NCBI RefSeq assembly: GCF_004010195.1
Contig: NC_057754.1
Coordinates: 8,584,214-8,648,213, forward strand
Direction: 5' to 3'
DNA: 64,000 nt
Source: Chiloscyllium plagiosum
Lineage: Eukaryota
Of this stretch, positions 46,981-60,559 are shown one piece after another; the first letter of the stretch is position 1, and every line of letters starts with the position of its first letter. A program made the translations under genes and the position numbers. A model generated the notes under the pieces. The model did not search any database. It was given only the letters and a program-made list of their open reading frames with translations, and had not been told where the DNA came from.

Positions 46981-48879
46981 TCAGTGTTAAAGAGGAGAGA
47001 TTGAACAAGGCCTTGGTATTTGAAAAGAGCTAGAACAGGGACAACTCTGCTTTGCATCTAGCCCCGTGTTGTACTTGTCCTGAAGTGTTTGGTGGGGACG
47101 GTGCAGAATGAGCTTTATGTTGTATTTAATCCCATGTTGTGCTGTGCTTCAGTGTTTGATAGGGACAGTGCAGAATAAGCTCTACTCTGCACCTAACGCT
47201 GTGCTGTTGCTGAGCAGTATTGGTTGTGATTTAATCAATATCTACCATGCTCACAATGGCCTGTGGATTTGACAAGGGTTAGGGCTGGAGGATCTTTACT
47301 TTGTAACTAACCCCGTACTGTACCTGTCCTGGGAGTGTATGTTGGGGACAGTGATTTTATCAATAGCAAACTCTATGCTGAACATAGCCGGTGTAATTGA
47401 TGAGGACCTGTGTCGGAGGATCTTTATTCTGTATGTAACCTTGTGTGGTACCTGTACTGGATTGTTTGATGGGGACAATCCAGAGTGATCTTTCCGTATC
47501 TGCGGAGAGAAATGGAGTTAATGCTTTTGGTCCAATGATCTATCTTCAGGAGGGTTCAGAACGTTAACTCTGTTTTCTCTCCACAGATGCTGACTGACCT
47601 GCAGAGATCTTCCAGTAATATCAGTTTTTGTTTCTGATTTTCAACACCTGCAGTTCTTTCATTTTTTTTTAACAGAGTGTCCGTTATTCCATATCTAACC
47701 CTGTAGTGTACCTGTTCTGGGAGTGTTAGATGGGGACAGTGCAGATTGCGCTTTGCTCTGTATCTAAACCTCTGCTATACCTGTCCTCGCAGAGATGGAT
47801 GGGGATGTGTGGTGTTATTTGAATGAATACCCAACCCCATGTTGAACATGGCTTGGGAATTTGAAAATGGCTATTACAGTGAGAGCTTTACTCTGCATCT
47901 CACCCCATGTTCTGCCTGTCCTTCCATGCTGTGCTGTGCCTGTCCTGTTTGATGGAGGAGATTGCAGAGTCAGCTTTATTCTGTATCTAGCCCTGTGCTG
48001 TACCCATTCTGAGGTTCCTTGATGGATACAGTGTGGAGGAAGATTTATTTCCAGTATCTAACACTATAATGTCCCTGCCCTGGCCATGTTTTGATCGAGG
48101 GAACATCAAGAGAACTTTACTGTAAGTTTACTTTCTCTTTAAAACAGTAGAAGATGCATCACACTGTATCGAATCCCTTGCCTCTCCATCATGGGAGTGT
48201 TTAATAGCAAAATGTTGAAGGAGCTTTACTTTCATTTTAAAAGTGTAGAGGTTGATTTAGTCTCTATCTACCCTCTGCTATACCTGACCTGGCAATGTTT
48301 GGTGGAGACAGTGAGTGGTATGATTAAATGAATATCTAACTCTATATTGAACATACCCTGGGAATTTGAAACAGGTTAGTGCAGAGAGAACTTTTCATTG
48401 TAACTAAACCCATACTGCATCTGTTCTGGCCTGTTGATGTGCACACTGATAAGGGAGGTTTATTTTCCATTTAGTTTTCCTTTAAAAGGGGGAGATTGAC
48501 TCTGTATCTAAACATGTGCTGTTCCTGATGCGGGAGTGTTTAATAGAGAACAGTATAGATGGAATTTCAATTTGTGTCTCATCCCATTTTGTACCTGTCC
48601 TGAGACTGTTTGATGGAAATAGTGTCGAGGGAAGTTTGCTCTGTATCTAACCCTATATTGTACCTGTACTAGGAATGTGTGATGCGGACACTGCAGAGTG
48701 AGCTTTATTTGACATCTAATCCTACGTTATAACTGTCTTTCACAGTGTTTGATGGAGACAGTACAGACTGAGTTCTAATCTGGATCTGATGCTGTGATTA
48801 ACTTGCCTTGATAATGCTTGATGTAGGATAGATTAGGTGGTGTTTCAATTTGTGCTGTACCTGTCCTGGGAAGTATTTT

Positions 48880-49190
48880 ATTAATTACTCAGATGAGAGC
48901 GTTGCTGGCCAGGCCTGCGATTATTGCCCATCCCTAATTACCCAGAGGGCAGTTAAAAAGTCAACCACATTGCTGTGGGTCTGGAGTCACATGTAGGCCA
49001 GACCAAGTAAGGATGGCAGTTTCCTTCCCTAAAGGGCATTAAAAAAACAGGTGGGTTTTTCCAAAAATTGACAATGGATTCATGCTCATTGTTAGACTCT
49101 TTTTTCCAGATTTTTGTTGCATTCAAAAAACTGCTGTGGTGGAATTTGAACCTGAGTCACCAGTCCAGTGATAACCCCATTCAGCCATCA
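48880..49190 (-). mobile_element. SINE with L2-type tail (DeuSINE/SacSINE1-like)
   Basis: The gctggccagg...ttattgcccatccctaatt tail is shared with the L2 end at 56000-56060. Family name recalled, not verified. Confidence 0.55.
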
Positions 49191-49439
49191 CCTTCCCTCC
49201 ACGTTCAATGGGGACAGTGTGGAGGCTAACTCAATCAACATCTAATCCCATTGTGAATGTGGCCTGGAAATTTGAAAAATGCTAGTGTAGTGGGATCTTT
49301 GCTCCGTATCTAGCCCCATGCTGTACCTGTCCTTCACTGGTTAATGGGGACAGTGTAGCAGCTGATTCAATGAATATCTAACACCATACTGAATATGGTC
49401 TGGACATTTTAAAGGGCTAATGCAGGCGTAGCTTTATTC

Positions 49440-49640
49440 TAATTGACAGGAACAGGAAATGACATCGCCACAGGAAACAACATCACCACAGGATATGGTG
49501 TCACCGATCCAAGAATCACATAAATAAAAAGTGGGCTATACCACCAGTGCTTCATCCAGAGGTACACTGATGATGTTACCTAGTATGGTGATGAAATGTC
49601 TGAAACTGAATCTTCCAGCTAAGTGAGCAATACAATTTCC
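49440..49640 (+). mobile_element. Penelope-like 3' tail (third family) with hammerhead-like core
   Basis: caCTGATGAtGTTACCtagtatGGTGATGAAATGTCtg at 49565-49602. Confidence 0.6.
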
Positions 49641-49850
49641 AGCTTAATTCTGTATGGAAACCCGTACTGTCCATCTCATGGAGTGATGATAGGGGCATTG
49701 TAGAATGAGCGTTATTCTACATCTAACTCTTTGCTGTACCTTTCCCATTTTCTAAATGAGTGCAGCCTTACTCCTCATCCACTGATGCTCAGTAGCAGCA
49801 ATGTGCATCGTTGACATAGTGATCTGCAGAAATTCTCCAAGGCTCCTTAC

Positions 49851-50588
49851 TTTTATGAAGTTGAGGGTGTGTACTGTACCTTTAAGAGAGAGAGAATGCT
49901 ATTCTGCACTGAGAGCTTACAAGCGCCTGTCATATGACTCAGAGTGTATTGGAAAATTGAAAATATGTAACATTTGTCTGTGAAATAGAGTTGGTTTTGA
50001 CAACAATTCGAATTTAACCAATCAGTTAAAATTATGCCACAGCATTCTAAAACCCAATCGAGTTTGAATTTATTGTTTTGCCAACCTTGAACCAATGAGA
50101 CAATCCAATGTTGGGGGTATGAAAAAGGCAGGCATTTTGAAAGTCAGACAGAGTAATCGCCATTGAGAAAGACCCAAGATATTGAAACATTTTCTATCAA
50201 AGGTTCATTTTCATATGAAACATATTCACAGTAAAGAAAAGAAGACAGTCCAGGGAGATCTTTAACTGAAAGAAGAAAGATACGGAAGACGTCAGCCGCT
50301 GTGTAATTTTGAAATTAAATTGATGTAATTTTAATAAGTATTTTGTTGGAACGGTATTTTTATAGGGTTGGAGGCAGAGAATAAGCAGTTAAGAGACAGG
50401 TGGCTTAGAGTTGTGAATATTTGTTGTTGAATGTTCACTTTTAGAGTTAAAGCATAAATTGATATTATTTTCTTTAAATAGTGCACTTTGGGAGTTCTCT
50501 GTCACTCGTATTTTAACGGGTTATGAGGCGAGGTGAGCTTTTCTGGGCATTTGGTTTAATTAACAGAGGAGTTCATTGCCATGTGATA
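49851..50588 (+). mobile_element. Solo LTR, family A
   Basis: Collinear with 11704-12437 (gtgtactgtacctttaagagag...gttctctgtcactc). Confidence 0.85.
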
Positions 50589-50779
50589 GAACTTACACAG
50601 CACCTATTAAACTCATGGCCATCTAATAAGGAAAGGGCAATAGATACATGGCAACACCACCATGTTCCAATTCTGTTCCAAGACACCCACCATCCTGATT
50701 TTAAAATATGTCACCACTCGTTCAGCATCACTGTTTCAAGAACCTCTCTAATCACATTGTAAGTCTTCCTTTGGCACAC

Positions 50780-51070
50780 GGACAATAACAGTACCTTTTC
50801 AAGAGAACTGAGGGAACGGACAATGAAAACTGGCCTAACCATCGATGTCCACACCCCTTGATTAATTAGATTTAAAAACATTGTCCAGACATGTCTAATG
50901 TTGAACACGGAGCTTCAGGTTTTGTGAGTACAGACTGGTCGGGTCCAGTCAGTACCTTACTTATAGCTGAAGGGATATGCTGTCCCAAATCATCTATCAG
51001 TCTTTCAGGGGCATTGCTTACATACCTAGCACCACACAGACACTGACATTCATATACCACACTACTTATT
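50780..51070 (-). mobile_element. Old Penelope-like GIY-YIG fragment
   Basis: VYECQCLCGARYVSNAPERLIDDLGQHIP resembles the VY-x-C-x-C-xxx-YVG-T-RL motif. Confidence 0.6.
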
Positions 51071-52429
51071 TATAATTAGGGCAGAAGAGTTTAAAATGTA
51101 CTCGTATCTGGACTGTAGAACATTTGGACATAGTTATAGCATTGCCATAAAAATGATTATGAGTGAATACTAGCATACAATGCACATACAAGGGAAAAAT
51201 AATTGTACATTTTCAAAGTCCATGCATGTAATAATAGATTAGTGATCTTGGATGCAGTAAACAGACTCATCGTTTATTGTGAATTATACACTGTTTTCAT
51301 TATATTCTAGTCATAAAATTGAACAAAAATATATGGATTTGTATTTATTGGACAATCGAAAAGTGGGGATTTGGGACCTTCAGTGATGAGACTTTTCTGT
51401 TCATGGTTAGAACAATGTGGAAACTATTTACAAAAACATTTCTATCTCAAGTCACACAAGGATAATGCAGGTCATCAATATAGCTGCACAATTCTGTTTG
51501 AATGCGAAAATTGTGGAGTTGACATACACTGAATATGGTTTATGAGCGATTCAGTGCAAGAGGCCATGTGCTGCAGGAGTCCATCAGTTTTGTAACACCT
51601 TCATTCAGAAGCTGATCCAAGGTGTAGAATTATGGAGATTAGGTGAGATGACCCAGCATCTGCAGTCCTCACTTTCTCCATTTGTATGAATGTCAAACTG
51701 CATTTGGATCAGCACTGAATCCTGTGCTAGCCCATTGGCTAGTCTTCCCTATACAATTTCTTATTGTTCAAGGACATCTCCAATTGTTCTTTGGTGAGAG
51801 ATATGTGAATAAATGTCCAGGTCCAGTTTTAAAGCTATCTGGATGGTTTTTGGAGATGACCAGAGTTTTGGAGGTATTGGTGAGGCCTACTATCACTGGG
51901 TCTGAATTCAGCCTTTTTAGAAATTACTTTCAACAGCTTTGCTGACTGCAAGATGATGTATTCACTGATCTGAACATGAATTAGCTGTTTATTACAGTCA
52001 CTGAATTGCGCAATAATTAGGTGTGTATTCCAATGATTTAATTATTGTTCACTTCAGTCATCTTCAAGTGAAAAACAATGGTGTTCAGTTTACTTTACAG
52101 CATGTAAGAAGTAAAGTGATGTTGACTCTTTATTGTAAAAAATATAAAAGTGACCTGTGAGATATTTCTCTCAGGCTAATCAAAGCACCATTCAGATATT
52201 GTCTGTCACGTATCATTCTGTCATTCTGTCAGAATGATATTTCCAGACACCACCATCACCACTGACAGGACAAAGCTAGGCAGAGGTGGCAGTACCTTGG
52301 TATATAGTCAATATAGTACTCAACGTTAATGCCAGATACTACAATGTCTCATCACATCAGATTAAACAATGGCAAGGAATCCTACTGCTGGTTACCATGT
52401 ACCATATCGTTTGAATCATGAACGCAGTG

Positions 52430-53167
52430 TATTATGACACGGCGGTGAAACCTTCAGTTAATTAAGCCAAACGCACAGGAAATCTCACCCAGCCTCATAA
52501 TCTGTTAAAATATGAGTGACAGAGAACTCCCAAATTCCACTGTATAAATAAAAGAATATCAATTTACTCTTTAATTCTGAAAGTGAACATTAAACATTTA
52601 TTCACAACTCTCTCTCTCACACTCTCTCCTTCTCTTCCATCCCCCACCTCCAACCCGGCAGTAACTCTATCTGACTTGCAACATGCCTGCTTGTTTTATA
52701 ACCCCAACGTCGGATCGTCTCATTGGTTCGAGGTTGGCCAAACTGTAACTTCAAAGTTGATTGGATTTTAGTATCATGAGGCATAATTTAAACCGATTGG
52801 TTAAATTTGAATTGTTGTCAAAACAGCAACCAACTCGGGTAACCATTTCACACCCAAATGTTCCATACATAGGAACCTCGATTATCTGGTATTCGATTAT
52901 CCGAATATCGGATTATCCAGCAAGATCGCAAGGTCCCGATGCCTGGCTAAATTATGTTATCCAGCATTCGATTATCCAGAATTCAATTAAGTGAACGAAA
53001 TACTCCCTGCCCATGTCCTTCGAATAATCGAGGTTCCTTCGTATTTTCAATTTACAGTACACTGTGACACTGCTAGTTAGTGATATGACAGGTGCTTGTA
53101 AGCTCACAGTTCAGAATAGCATTCACTTTCTCTTAAAGGTACAGTATGCAACTTCAACTTCAGAACA
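52430..53167 (-). mobile_element. Solo LTR, family A (internally deleted), containing a MITE
   Basis: Similar to the reverse complement of 49851-50588. Confidence 0.8.
52868..53041. mobile_element. Tc1/mariner (pogo/Tigger-type) MITE with TA TSD
   Basis: TIRs cataggaacctcgattat / ataatcgaggttccttcg; TA at 52866-52867 and 53042-53043; internal cgattatcc repeats. Confidence 0.8.
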
Positions 53168-55069
53168 GTATGGAGGGTGGGCAGGCCAGAGAATGTACTC
53201 TGGGTGGGTAATTTCAATATTCATCACCAAGAGAGGATCCGCAGCACCACAGAGGACAATGGGACCGCCAAGGGACAGGGGGCGGAACCACCAGGGGCCG
53301 GTGGGACGGGTCCACACCAGGATTGAGGGAATCAATACAACAGAAAAATATGCTTAATGACACCATCACCAATCCACCTACTGCAGATATATCTCTCCAC
53401 TTCATATATGTGTAAGAGTGGCCACTGCACAGTTCTTGTGGGGAGGAAGTACCATCTTCACATTTTTGAGACCTTCCCACATGTAGTGCGACACTTCCCC
53501 TGAACGAAACGGGACAGGCTTCAAACAGATTGAGAAATTCACAACAAGGCGCAGTGGGCCATCGACAGGAGCAGAATCACACTCTCCACGGCTCATGCAA
53601 TCTGCAAGCTCATGGCCTGGCATATCGCCCACTCGACAGCAACCATCAAGCCAGCGACTCACCCAGGTTCAATGAAGAGTGCAGAAGGACATGCTGGGAG
53701 CAGCACCAGCCATACCTACGTATGAGGGGATAACCTACTCATATGGTCTTCAACTACAAAGCAGGACAACCTGTACGCTGAACAGCGTAAGCAGCAAGTG
53801 ATAGACAGGGCTGAGTGATCTCACAACCAATGGATCAGATCTATCTTTGCAATTTAGTCGTACAAGGTGGTGAACAATAAAGCAGGATGAGAAAGCTACT
53901 CTCTAACAACTGAATCCTCCGTGATGGGGGAGCCCAGCACGCCAGGACAACAATAAGCCTGAAACATTTGCAACAGCTTTCAGTCAGAAGTGCTAAGCAG
54001 ATGATCCATTTCAGCCTCCTCCGGTAGACCCCAGTGTCACAGATGCCAACATTCAGACAATTTGATTCCCACTCGTTGTTTAGAAATGGCTGTGGAGGCA
54101 CTGGAAACTGCCATGGCCTTGGGCCCCGACAACATAACTCCAGAATTTGCCACATCCCTAGCCAAATAGCTCCAGTACAGCAACAAAATTGACCATCCAC
54201 CAACGAGCTGGTTAATTCCCCAAGTGCACAAAAAGCAGGGCACTTTCATTCCAACCAATCACCGACCCATCAGTGTACAGTTAACCACGTAAACGAAACG
54301 GAAGGTGTCAGCATTAATGTGATAAATCAATACTTGGGCGATACTGGTAATCTGCAATAACTTGCTCAATGATGTTCAGTTAGGGTTCCAGCAGGATCCC
54401 TCAGCTCCTGACTTTATCACAAGCATAGTGGAACTCCAGAACGGAAGTGAGAGTAATTACATAATGGATGGTTTCAATAAAGACATTTAAGCTGAAACAA
54501 GTAAAATTCTAAGGCTTGCTTGAACATCAAACATCAGACATCATGGTCAAAAGCCATACTTGCAATATTTCCTCTGTGCAATGACGTCCCATACGAATGC
54601 ACATCCACTTACTGTCCTCTGTCAGGATGCAGCAAGGCCGTATGTGCAAATAGCATTTTGATTGAATCAAGGAGTTTGGCCTTGGATACAGTTTGAAAAT
54701 CCTTTTCATCATTAGCATCAAGGTGACGTTCGACAGAGTCTGACACTACCATCCCGAGTAAAATTACAGTAAATGGAAATCTGGGGAAATCTCTTCGCTG
54801 ACTGGACTAATCACTAGCAAAAATAAGATTGCTGTTAGTCTCAGTAATTCAAACACCAGGATATCTCTGCTGGCATTCCTCAGCACAGAAAGTACCAGAG
54901 GCCTAAAAGTCTTCATCTGCGTTAATGATCTTCCCTCTGCCCTCAGTTCAGATGAGGGAATATTCACTGATTATACGGCTTCCCAGGTACCGAAACAATC
55001 CACGTTCAAGTGCAACAAAACCTGGGAAATATCCAGGCTTGGGTTGACAAGAGATAAGCAACGTTCAGG

Positions 55070-55985
55070 CAATGAAGGACAAAATTCCATTTGCCTTCTT
55101 AATTACCTGTTGTACCTGCAGACCAACCTTCTGTGATTCATGCACAAGGGCACCAGGTGCTGCAACTTTTTCCCCATTCTTTTTTACTGTTACTCCTACC
55201 AAAATGGATGACTTCACATTTATTAACATTGTATTCCATCTGCCAGACCTTTGCATCAAAAAGCCCTACCAAAACTGTAACCATAGTGTGGATAAATGTG
55301 AAGTTGTTCAATTTGGAAGCAACAGCAAAAGAGCCAGTCATTATTTACATGGAGAAAACTGTAGAGAGGTGCGGCACGAAGGGACTTGGGGTGTTCCACA
55401 TGAAACGCAGAGAGCTAGCACATAGCAGCAGGAGGCAATCGGGAAGACAAATGGAATATTGGCCCTTAGTTCAAGGTAATTGGAGTATAAGAGTAGGGAA
55501 GACTTATTGTAACGGCATAATGTGCTGGTGGGGCGACATCTGGAAGATTGTGAGCAGTTTTAGTCCCTTCATTTCAGGAAACACGTGGAGGCAGTTCAGA
55601 GAAGGTCCACGTGGATGACCCCTGACATGGAGGGATAGTCTAATGAGAAAAGAACAGTTTGAGACTCTGCTCACTGGCATTTGGAAGACGAACACGTGAT
55701 TTCCTCGAAATATCAAGGATTCCTAAGGGGCTGGAGAGGGTAAATGCTGAGAGGATGTTTCCCCTCATGTGAGCCTCTTGAACAAGACAACAGAGTCTCG
55801 GAATGCAGGGAGAGTAATTTCAGCCTGGGATGAGGAGGATCTCAGATGTTTGTGTGGCTCCTTTACACAGAGAGAGCTGTGGGGGCAGTGTCCTTGTACA
55901 TACTGAAGGCTAAGATGGATTCTTGAGCTGTAGGGAAATCCAGGGTTATGGGGAAAGAGCAGGAAAGTGGATGTCAGGAATAATT
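55070..55985. mobile_element. Two old CR1-type fragments (minus ~55070-55260, plus ~55290-55985)
   Basis: WQMEYNVNKCEVIHFG and QVIKKANGILSFIA on minus; DKCEVVQFG on plus. Confidence 0.7.
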
Positions 55986-55999
55986 GAATTAGCAATTTC

Positions 56000-56780
56000 T
56001 ATTCATTCATGGGATGTTGGTGTCACTGGCTGACCAGCATTTATTGCCTGTCCCTAACTGCTTTTTGAGAAGGTGGTGGTGAGCTGTCCCTTGAACCACT
56101 GCATTCCAGCTGCTGTGGGTTGACTCACAATGCCCTCAGGGAGGGAATTCTAGGATTTTGACCCAGCGACAGTGAAGGAACGCCAATATATTTCCAGGTC
56201 AGATTGTTTAGAGGCTGTTGAAGGTGGTGGTGTTCCCATGCAAGCTCTGCACTTGTCCTTCTCAATGGAAGTATTCGTGGGCTTGGAATGTGCTAAGGAT
56301 CTCTGGTGAATTTTCGCAGTGTTTCATGTAGTTGATACACACTGTTGGTCCATTGGTGGTGGAGGGAGTGCGTTTTGTGGATGTGGTATCAATCGAGCAG
56401 CTGCCCTTGTCTTGAATGGTGTTGAGCTTCTTAAGAGACATGGGAGCTGCATGCATCCAGGCAAGTGGATAATATTCCATCAGACTCCTGACTTGTGCCT
56501 TATAGATAATGGAGAGTCAGGAGGTGAGACATTTGCTCCAGTATTCCTAGTCTCTGGACCTGCTCTTGCAGCCACTGTGATGAGTCCTGTTGAGTTTCTG
56601 GTCAATGGTAAGCCCCAGAATGTGGATAATGGGGAATTCAGTGACGGTCACACCACTGAATGTCAAGGAGCAGTGGTTAAATTGACTCTTAACTGAGATA
56701 ATTAATGTTGACAATTATGTGGCACAATTGTCAGCCCAAGCCTGAATATTTTCCAGATCACGTTGCATTTGAAGATGGAA
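56000..56780 (-). mobile_element. L2-clade LINE 3' fragment
   Basis: MEYYPLAWMHAAP...KLNTIQDK; tail attcattcatgggatg. Confidence 0.7.
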
Positions 56781-56854
56781 AAGGCTTGAGAAGCAAGAAC
56801 ATCCTACTTTGTCCCTAGTTCATATGGTGTTTTGGAATAAGGGAAACTCTCCAG

Positions 56855-58065
56855 AAATTTGTTAGAGTTCTTTGATGCAGTGACCTGGAAGGTTGACGAG
56901 GGCAGGGCGGTAGACGTAGTCTATATGGATTTCAGTAAGGCCTTTGATAAGGCTCCACATAGTAGGCTGTCTGGAAGGTGAGATCGCGTGGAATCCAAGG
57001 GAGGCTGGCAAACTGGATACACAATTGGTTTGATGGTAGGAAGCAGAGGGTAATAGAGGCAGGATGTTTGTCGGTCAGGAGGCCTGTGACTATAGAGTGC
57101 CTCAGGGATCCATTCCTGTTTGTTATCGATATCAATGATTTGGATGAGAATGTGCAAGGCATGATTAGTAAGTTGGCAGATGACACTAAAATAGGTGGTT
57201 TTGTGGACAGTGAGGAAGGTTATCAGAAATTGCAGCAGGACATTGATCAGCTGGGGAAGTGGGCCGAGAAATGGCAAGTAGAGTTTAATATTTGCATTTT
57301 GGCAAGTCAAATCAAGGTTGAAGTTTCATGGTAAATGATAGGGCCTTAAGGAGTCTTGTGGAAGAGAAGGACCTTGGAGTTCAGGTGCACGATTCACTGA
57401 AAGTGAAGTCTCAAAAAGACAAGGCAGTGAAGGAGGCTTTTGGCACATTGACCTTCATCTGTCAGGGCATTGAGTATAGAAGTTGGGGAGTTATGTTGCA
57501 GTTGTACAGGACATTGGTGAGGCTGCATTTTGCAGTATTGTGTTCAGTTTTGGTCACCTTGCGATAGGAAGGATGTTATTAAACTGGAAAGAGTGCAGAA
57601 GAAATTTACAAGGATGTTGCCAGGAGTCAAGTGTTATGGGGAGAGGTTGGACAAGCATTTTTCTTTAGAGCGTAGGAGACTGAGGGGGATCTTATAGAAG
57701 TGCATATGATCATGACAGGCATGGATAGGGTGAATGCACTCAGTCTTTTTTCCCAGGGTTGGGGAATCGAGGACTAGAAGGCATCAGTTTGAGGTGACAG
57801 GGGAAAGAATAAAAGGGAACCTGAGGGGCAACTTTTTTACACAGAGGGTGGTACGCATATAGAATGAGCTGCCAGCAGAAGTGGTTGAGGTGGGTACCTT
57901 AACAACATTTAATAGGCATTTTGACAAATACATGGATAGGAAAGAGTTAGAAGATTATGGGCCAAGTGCAGGGAAATAGGGATAGCGTGAATGGACATTT
58001 CAGTTGTCATGGACCGTTTTTGGGCCGAAGGGCCTGTGTCCATGCTGTAGGACTCCATGACGGTA
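56855..58065 (+). mobile_element. CR1-type LINE RT fragment
   Basis: VYMDFSKAFDK, INDLDENVQGMISKLADDTKIGG and a 3' tail. Confidence 0.9.
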
Positions 58066-58084
58066 TGAGTGTATGGCCAACAGG

Positions 58085-58690
58085 AAGATGGTTATTACAC
58101 TACCTAGTACCTGAACATTAACTCTGTAAGTCGTGCCTTTGTTTGTTTTACCAAAGTGAAATATATCACATTTATCCAAATTAAACTCCACCTGCTACTC
58201 CTCTGCCCATTGACCCAAAACTCTTTGTAATCTTAGATAACCTTCTTCATTTTTCACTATACCACCAAAACCAATGTTGGTGTCATCCACCAACCTACTA
58301 ACCATGCCTCCCATTTTCTCATCCAAAGAATTTATGTAAATGACAAGCAAAAGTGGACCCGGTAACAAGCCCTGTGTAACACTGCAGTTCACAGGTCTCT
58401 AGTCCGAAAAACAAGCCTCCACCTCCACCTCTGACTCCTACCAATTTTGTATCCAATTTGTATCCAATCTGAATACCACGTGATCTGACTTACTAATTAG
58501 TCTACCCGGCAGAACCTTATCAAAGGCTTTACTATCGTCCAAGGAAACAAAATTGACCACTCTGCCCTCATCCCACTTTCTTGGTGCTTCCTCAAAAAAC
58601 TCAAATAAGTTTGTGAGACATGACACCCCTCACACAAAACCTGTCTATTGTTAATCATTCCTTGCCTCTCAGAATACATGTAAATTCTTT
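58085..58690 (-). mobile_element. CR1-type LINE RT fragment
   Basis: SCLTNLFEFFE, SKAFDKV, GPLLLVIYIN. Confidence 0.85.
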
Positions 58691-59039
58691 ATCTGCTTCA
58701 TCAATGACCTTCTTCCCAATGTAAGTTCAGGAGCTGGGATATTTACTGATGACAACACAATGTTGAGCAGCATTTGTGAAGTAATATACACTAAAGCAGT
58801 TCACACCCCAATGCAATGAAATCTCGACAATTTGCAGGCTTGGGTTAACAAGCGACAAGGAACATTCATACCTCACAAACGGTGGGGAATCTCATTATCA
58901 CCGTTCGACATCCAAAGGTATTATCGACATTGAATCCTTTGCTGTTAACGTTCTGGGTTCATCCAAGATCATATAAATGCTTTGGTTACAGCCGCAGATC
59001 AGAAGCTAGGAATCTTGCAGCTAATACCTTTTCGTAGAA

Positions 59040-59236
59040 AGATCATAGAATCCCTACAGTGTGAAAACGGGCCATTTGGCCCAACAAGTCCACACTGACC
59101 CTGTGAAGAGTAACCCACCCAGACTCAGTCCCCTACCCTATTACTCTACATTTACCCCTGACTAATGTACCAACCTATACTTGCAAGAACACTATGGGCA
59201 ATTTAGTGTGGCCAATTCACCTAACCTGCACATCCT
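59040..59236 (-). mobile_element. HE1-type SINE 3' part, inserted in an old L2 fragment (~58690-59500, plus strand)
   Basis: atcatagaatccctacagtg...gccaattcacctaacctgcacatc. Confidence 0.8.
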
Positions 59237-59894
59237 TTCTCCTGTTTCGCTGAAGCCTGTCCATTATCTATAAGGCTCAGGTCAGAGGTGTGGTGGAATA
59301 CTCATCACTTCACTGAATGAATGCAGCTCCAACAGTACTCAAACAGTTTGGCATAATCAAAGACCAAACAGCCCACTTGATTGGTGCCCATCCACACTCA
59401 TTCACTCCCTCTAGCAACAGTTGTGTGTACCATGATATTCCTCAGTAGCCCGTTCCACACTCATGGCCACAACCATCTGGAAGGAAAAGAGCAGCATTTT
59501 GGTAATAGTGATCATAATTTAGTTGAGATTAACATAATTATTGAAAACCGACAAAGATAGACCAAGTGGTATAGTTTTGATTTGAGTAAGTCCAAGTTTA
59601 ATAAGCTGAGAAGAGATGTAATTAAAGTGAACTGGAAACAACAATGAGAAGATAAATCGGAATCAGATAGTGGCAGATATTCTGAGGGAAGATTAAAGTG
59701 GTTCTGACAAAATGTGCTCTCACCAAGTTAAAAGGCTCAGGCTGTTAAATCCAGAGATCCTTGGAAGTCCAGGAGCATGCAAGCGGAAAAAGAAAGCTTA
59801 TGTCATACTGTGGCAACTCAATACTACAGAAAACCGAGAGGAGTGTGGATTGTGGAGGGATGCAATCCAAAAGGAAATTGGAAAGAAAACAGAG

Positions 59895-60393
59895 ATGGGG
59901 TACTGGGCTAATGGCCGGATACTTGGTAGTGTGGATGTGCAGAGGGATCTTGGTGTCCATGTACACAGATCTTTGAAAGTTGCCACCCAGGTAAATAGTG
60001 CTGTGAAGAAGGCATATGGCGTACTGGCTTTTATTGGTAGAGGAATTGAGTTCCGGAGTACTGAGGTCATGTTGCAGTTGTATAAGACTCTGGTGCGGCC
60101 ACATCTGGAGTATTGTGTGCAGTTTCGGTTGCCATACTATAGGAAGGATGTGGAGACACTGGAACGGGTGCAGAGGAGGTTTACCAGGATGTTGCCTGGG
60201 ATGGTAGAAAGATCGTATGAGGAAAGGCTGAGGCACCTGGGGTTGTTTTCATTGGAATGGGCATTTAAGCGGGCATTGGATAGGCATATGGAGGTTAGTG
60301 GGCTAGTGTAGGTTAGGTGGGCTTGGATCGGCGCAACATCAAGGGACGAAGGGCCTGTACTGCGCTGTATTCTTCTATGGTCTATGTTCTATG
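59895..60393 (+). mobile_element. CR1-type LINE 3' fragment, internally deleted
   Basis: QRDLGVHVHRSLKV...[16 protein letters not shown], fused to a ttctatg tail. Confidence 0.9.
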
Positions 60394-60559
60394 TGAAATG
60401 ATGCTGCCAAGAAACATCAAGGCAATCTTCAGCAGATATTTTATCAATATAGAGAAAGGAAAAGAAGTGAAGTAAGGATCATAAAAGACAAGAAACATTA
60501 ATGCGTAGATTTGCACATGGTCCTTCATTTGGATTGAAACTTAAAGGGGCCTCAACAAT

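Larger units (their letters stand above)
47035..49745 (+). repeat. Degenerate ~69-bp satellite (tgtatctaaccccgtgctgtacctgtcctgggagtgtttgatggggacagtgtagagggagctttactc)
   Basis: Recurring gtacctgtcc / tgatggggacagtg / gctttactctg motifs at ~69-bp spacing, interrupted by insertions. Confidence 0.85.
52180..55070 (+). mobile_element. Old L2/CR1-clade LINE (AP-endonuclease to RT remnants) interrupted by a solo LTR
   Basis: WVGNFNIHHQE at ~53205 (GDFN-like), a GPDNI motif, NHRPIS, and later degenerate RT motifs. Confidence 0.65.
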
